Assembly: GCA_001643675.2 (NCBI GenBank) | Contig: LSRY02000023.1 | Span: forward strand, 558,001-622,000 | DNA: 64,000 nucleotides | Direction: 5' to 3' | Source of the DNA: Monocercomonoides exilis PA203 | Lineage: Eukaryota; Protista; Preaxostyla | Shown here: piece by piece, positions 60,338 to 64,000 of the stretch | How the letters are laid out: every line of letters starts with the position of its first letter | Position numbering within the stretch: position 1 is the stretch's first letter | Program-made: the position numbers and the translations under genes | Notes under the pieces: model-generated | What the model saw: only the letters and a program-made list of their open reading frames with translations | Databases searched by the model: none | What the model was told of the DNA's origin: nothing

Positions 60338-61728
60338 ATGAGTGTTTATTACAATGGAACTCGAGAAATTACACTTGCTGATATATTCATAAGTTTGATG
60401 GATTTAATGTTTCAACAAGGTGATTGTCATTTTTTGGCTTTTTATCTCTTTGAAGAAATACTAGATGAACTAGCATGTTACTCTGAGAGTGAACAGGAAC
60501 AGAAGATTCTTGAAATGAATGGATTGATGGAAAAAATGGATAAAGAAGAATTTAAATCAGTTTTCACAGAAGAACTGTTTAATATAATAAACAAAATGAT
60601 TGAAGAAGAGAAACTTTCAATGGAAAATGCATGTTTATTGCTGAAGTGTATTGGATATTGGAACACGTTGAAAGGTGAATGGATTTATGATTTTAAACAT
60701 TCTTTGCTGTGCAGTAGGTTTATGAAGATGATAATTGATGAAAATGAGAAAACAGAAGGAAAAGATGAAAAGCTTCTTGTTGATCTTTGTGAAATCTATG
60801 TTTCTCTTAGCTACTATTTTCAATATGAATTGCTTTCAATTTGTGTGCCTTGCCTTCTGAAAGTTGCGTTTGAAAGAGAAAAATGCAAGGAAACACAAAA
60901 AGAAGTGGAAATGGCATTGCTAGCTTTGAGTGGCATTTATAAATTAAACGTGTGGGCAGTTCCATTCCATTTTGTTATTGTTATTTTTTTATATCTTTTT
61001 TTGATTAGGAATTTGGAGAAGGACTGTATTTTAATGAGGTCAAAGAAATCATAAAATTTCACCAGGAGTTTCACAACCTTACTCATCTTGCGTATTATTC
61101 TGCGTGGAAGTTTTTGATCTACAGATTTCATCGCCAAGAAGATTTGTATGATACTGTGGTATATGAGTTACACTTTGTTAGAGAGGCAGGAAGAGAATTG
61201 GAAGAGCTTGTAAAATGTGTGGATTGGAAGAAAAAAGAAGAGGAAAAAAGAGAGAAAGAAATGAAATATATAACGACTATATATAGATGGTTGAGCACAA
61301 TCCGCAGATTCTTTTCGGATTACGTATTAAAAGAAGAAAATTGTTTCGCATTGATTGCATGCTTGACGAGGCTGTGCAGATCAGCAAGAGAAAACTTCAT
61401 ATATATTTCCAGTTTAGCTTTCAAAGTAATTAAAAAGATTGCAGATACCAGACAATCTTTAATTTCTGTAAATATTTTAGTGAAAGGTGGAGCAATTGAT
61501 TTCGCACTGGAGGAGATACAGCAACCAACATTGGATACAGAATTGGCAGATGAATGTTATGCATTTTTTAAGAAAGTTTTTAGGAAATTGAGAGAAAAGA
61601 AGTATTGCGATATTGATAAAGCAATGAATAAAGCGATGAGAAAAATTATTATTGAAAAGTTGGAAGAAGAAGGATTTGATGATATTTTTAAAAGTTCTTT
61701 TCATTTTCTTCCATATTTAAGAACGTAG
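60338..61728 (+). CDS. Member 3 of the lineage-expanded alpha-helical hypothetical protein family
   Basis: Exons 60338-60392, 60456-60949 and 61009-61728. Same intron positions and phases as member 2, and shared motifs (ENACLLLKCIGY, EKLLVDLCE, CVPCLLKVA, LAYYSAW, KGGAID). Confidence 0.88.
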
Positions 61729-62948
61729 ACAACTCTTTGATTTAACATTAAATGTGGAAGAGTATTTTGAAAATGTTTGAGAAAAGGAAATCCATTTCAT
61801 TTTGAAACTCACAATTTTTCATATTCCTTTTTGAGTTATTTCCCAAAACTGAAAACAAACAATCATTTGAAGTCTTTTTTTAATCAAATATCATTAATTT
61901 CAATAATGATGCACCAGCAATTTTTTCACAGTTTCTTTTCAAAAATTGTTCTCAGGTTTACGTATTCCTTGTTAATAATTCATTTTTTCTTCGTCTTCAA
62001 CTTTTTTTAACTATTTTTCAATGAACAGGTTAGAATCACAATCATTTGGGACAAAATTTTTTGTTTTATGAATTTTGTTCCACACAGTTCTTTCAAAGAT
62101 TTTTTTCGATTTTTTATATTTATATATATAATATTGAAAGATAATGTTAGAATTATAATAATACGATTGCAGAAAAAGTTTGGAACAAATCATTGAATTT
62201 TTCATAAATGAAAGAATTCTCTCCCATTTCTTTTCTATTTAGTTTTGTGTTGTTGTACTTCTGAAAGATAAATGAAATGGTGTTTAACATTTATATGTCC
62301 ATATGTTTTCTTGGAATTACAATGATTAAAATGAAGATAATTTGCAAAAGTGTCACAATAAAATATTCTTTTCTGTTTCTTTCCTCAAATTTCAGCAAGA
62401 ATCGTTTTGTGTTTTTATTAACTTGGAAAACAATTTTTTTTCAAAAATATATTTTGCTTTTCATTAAAGAATTATTAATGAAGTTCCAATCTCATTGTAA
62501 AAATTAAGATAAAAAAGGTGGGAACAAATTACGTTAAGGTTAAAAAATTCCAAAATATTTTCTAAAAAAAAAAAAAAGAAAAAGAAAAAGAAAGAAAGAA
62601 AATACCAGTTTTGACTGGAAGCTTCTGCATTAATAAGATAAAGCTTATGAAAACAAAGAATCAAGAAAAAAAAAACAAGACTAATTGCAACAGGAAAACA
62701 AAAGAAGAGAACAGTATTCAAATAATAACGATATTTCCTCACGTTCCAGAAAACAACATAAACAGTTCCATCGACGCAAAGCTCCTCTAAAAAAATAAAA
62801 ACATAATAATATTCAATTTAATAAAAAATAATTATTATAATAATATTCTCGATCAATGCATCAAACGCAAAACTTCTTAAACGCAAATTCACTTAAAATT
62901 ACATAAATTTGGGTATGAATTCGAGCTTTCGTGTTTTTTGTTATGCAT

Positions 62949-64000
62949 TTATTGAACAGATTCTATTTGTTGACTTGTACTGTTTATTAAAGGCAACGGA
63001 TTAACCCCCGAAGTTTCTGGAGTTTGAATAGACGTTGGTTGAGCATAACCACTTTGGTTAATTGGCATCTGGCCAAGTGATGAAATAGGCTGACCTAACT
63101 GCGGACTTTGCTGAGGAAACTGTTGGGTAGGATAGCCAGTCTGAGCGATATAATTCTGTGCTTGCGCAGGCATATATTGAGGAACGCCAGCAGTGGCAGT
63201 AGCAGCAGCATTTGTTTGTTGAGCGGTGTATGCGTATGTCATGTACATACCCTGGGTTGTCTGCTGGGCAGCATATGGATACTGAGGCGCTTGATAAGGA
63301 TTATTAGGGTCATAAATAGGATATCCCTGAACCATCTGCTGCTGCTGCTGAAGAGGTTGCTGAAGAGGTTGCTGAAGAGGTTGTGTCTGTAAAGGCGCTT
63401 GCAGCTGTATGGGAGCAGTTGTTGACAGATTGTTATATCCAATTTGATTTCTTTTTGGCTCATAAACAGATGTTGGCTTTGTCTTTTTCTTCTTTCGCAC
63501 GCAGCAGCAAACAACGACTATAATCACTATAATCACCACTGTCACAATTGGTACAACAATGGCAATAATCGTGGCTGTAGTTTTTGCTCTCTTCGGAGAG
63601 CTTCCATCCAGCCAATGGTAATATCCGTCTCCTTCGACAAAAATTGATGTGGCGCTGTTGTCTGAATAGCACGTATCGAATGAATCTTTGGTCACAATAC
63701 TTTTCCATGCAGATGTAACCAAAATATCGTCTCCTTGTGTTGATGCCTTATTTTTCTTAAAATTGCAATCCTGAACTGAAACCTTAGTATGGGTTTTGCT
63801 GATGCTATTCTGATTTGAACCGAAGCAAATCGCTCCTCCATAATAAACGCATTTCCCGCTTGTGAAATTTGACAGCTTAATGGTCAAGGAGCTGGTACAC
63901 TGTGCAATAAAGATGTGTCCTCCTGATTTTGAAACGTTGTTATTCGTAAATATGCAACCTTGGATTGTAGTGCCGCCAACTATGTATATAATTGCAAGCC
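62949..64000 (-). CDS. 3' part of a type-I membrane protein with Pmp-like GGAI/FxxN beta-helix repeats and a Gln/Pro/Tyr-rich cytoplasmic tail; runs off the window
   Basis: The frame is open to base 64000 (IQGCIFTNNNVSKSGGHIF...YYGGAICF...CNFKKNKASTQGDDI). TM IIAIVVPIVTVVIIVIIVVVCCCV followed by RKKKK. Confidence 0.85.
   Translation of the reverse strand, partial: LAIIYIVGGTTIQGCIFTNNNVSKSGGHIFIAQCTSSLTIKLSNFTSGKCVYYGGAICFGSNQNSISKTHTKVSVQDCNFKKNKASTQGDDILVTSAWKSIVTKDSFDTCYSDNSATSIFVEGDGYYHWLDGSSPKRAKTTATIIAIVVPIVTVVIIVIIVVVCCCVRKKKKTKPTSVYEPKRNQIGYNNLSTTAPIQLQAPLQTQPLQQPLQQPLQQQQQMVQGYPIYDPNNPYQAPQYPYAAQQTTQGMYMTYAYTAQQTNAAATATAGVPQYMPAQAQNYIAQTGYPTQQFPQQSPQLGQPISSLGQMPINQSGYAQPTSIQTPETSGVNPLPLINSTSQQIESVQ

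Noticed and set aside
63887-64000. TTG start or frameshift at the 5' end of the last ORF
   Set aside because: The frame is open and coding-like to the window edge; the true start lies outside the window.

Overview
Eukaryotic (protist) genomic DNA: AT-rich intergenic regions, short spliceosomal introns (about 50-200 nt), standard genetic code and extreme Ser/Glu/Gln low-complexity proteins. The gene families look like those of the oxymonad Monocercomonoides exilis (recognition from memory, not a database hit). The window is dominated by one giant gene (10477-39796, about 9,700 aa once a single missing G in a (GGA)n tract at ~17631 is restored). It has TPR-like helical blocks and a dispersed CHAT/separase-like C-terminal region. 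Its last ~5.2 kb of CDS plus 3' flank (34586 to at least 40637) is duplicated in inverted orientation at the window start (1 to ~6589). That copy has its own in-frame ATG, one GGA>TGA stop and a private MITE insertion. The two arms flank a 28-kb segment holding the promoter and N-terminal ~8,000 aa, so recombination between them would swap alternative C-termini onto the protein. Also present: two TA-target MITEs; a decayed but architecturally complete DIRS-type tyrosine-recombinase retroelement (left ITR, RT remnant, YR remnant, internal complementary region, structured spacer, right ITR; 45362-49649); pogo-like and hAT-like transposase remnants; three paralogues of a lineage-expanded helical protein family; two type-I membrane proteins; a cyclin Y-like gene; and a small unknown gene. 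No rRNA, tRNA or CRISPR array was recognised.
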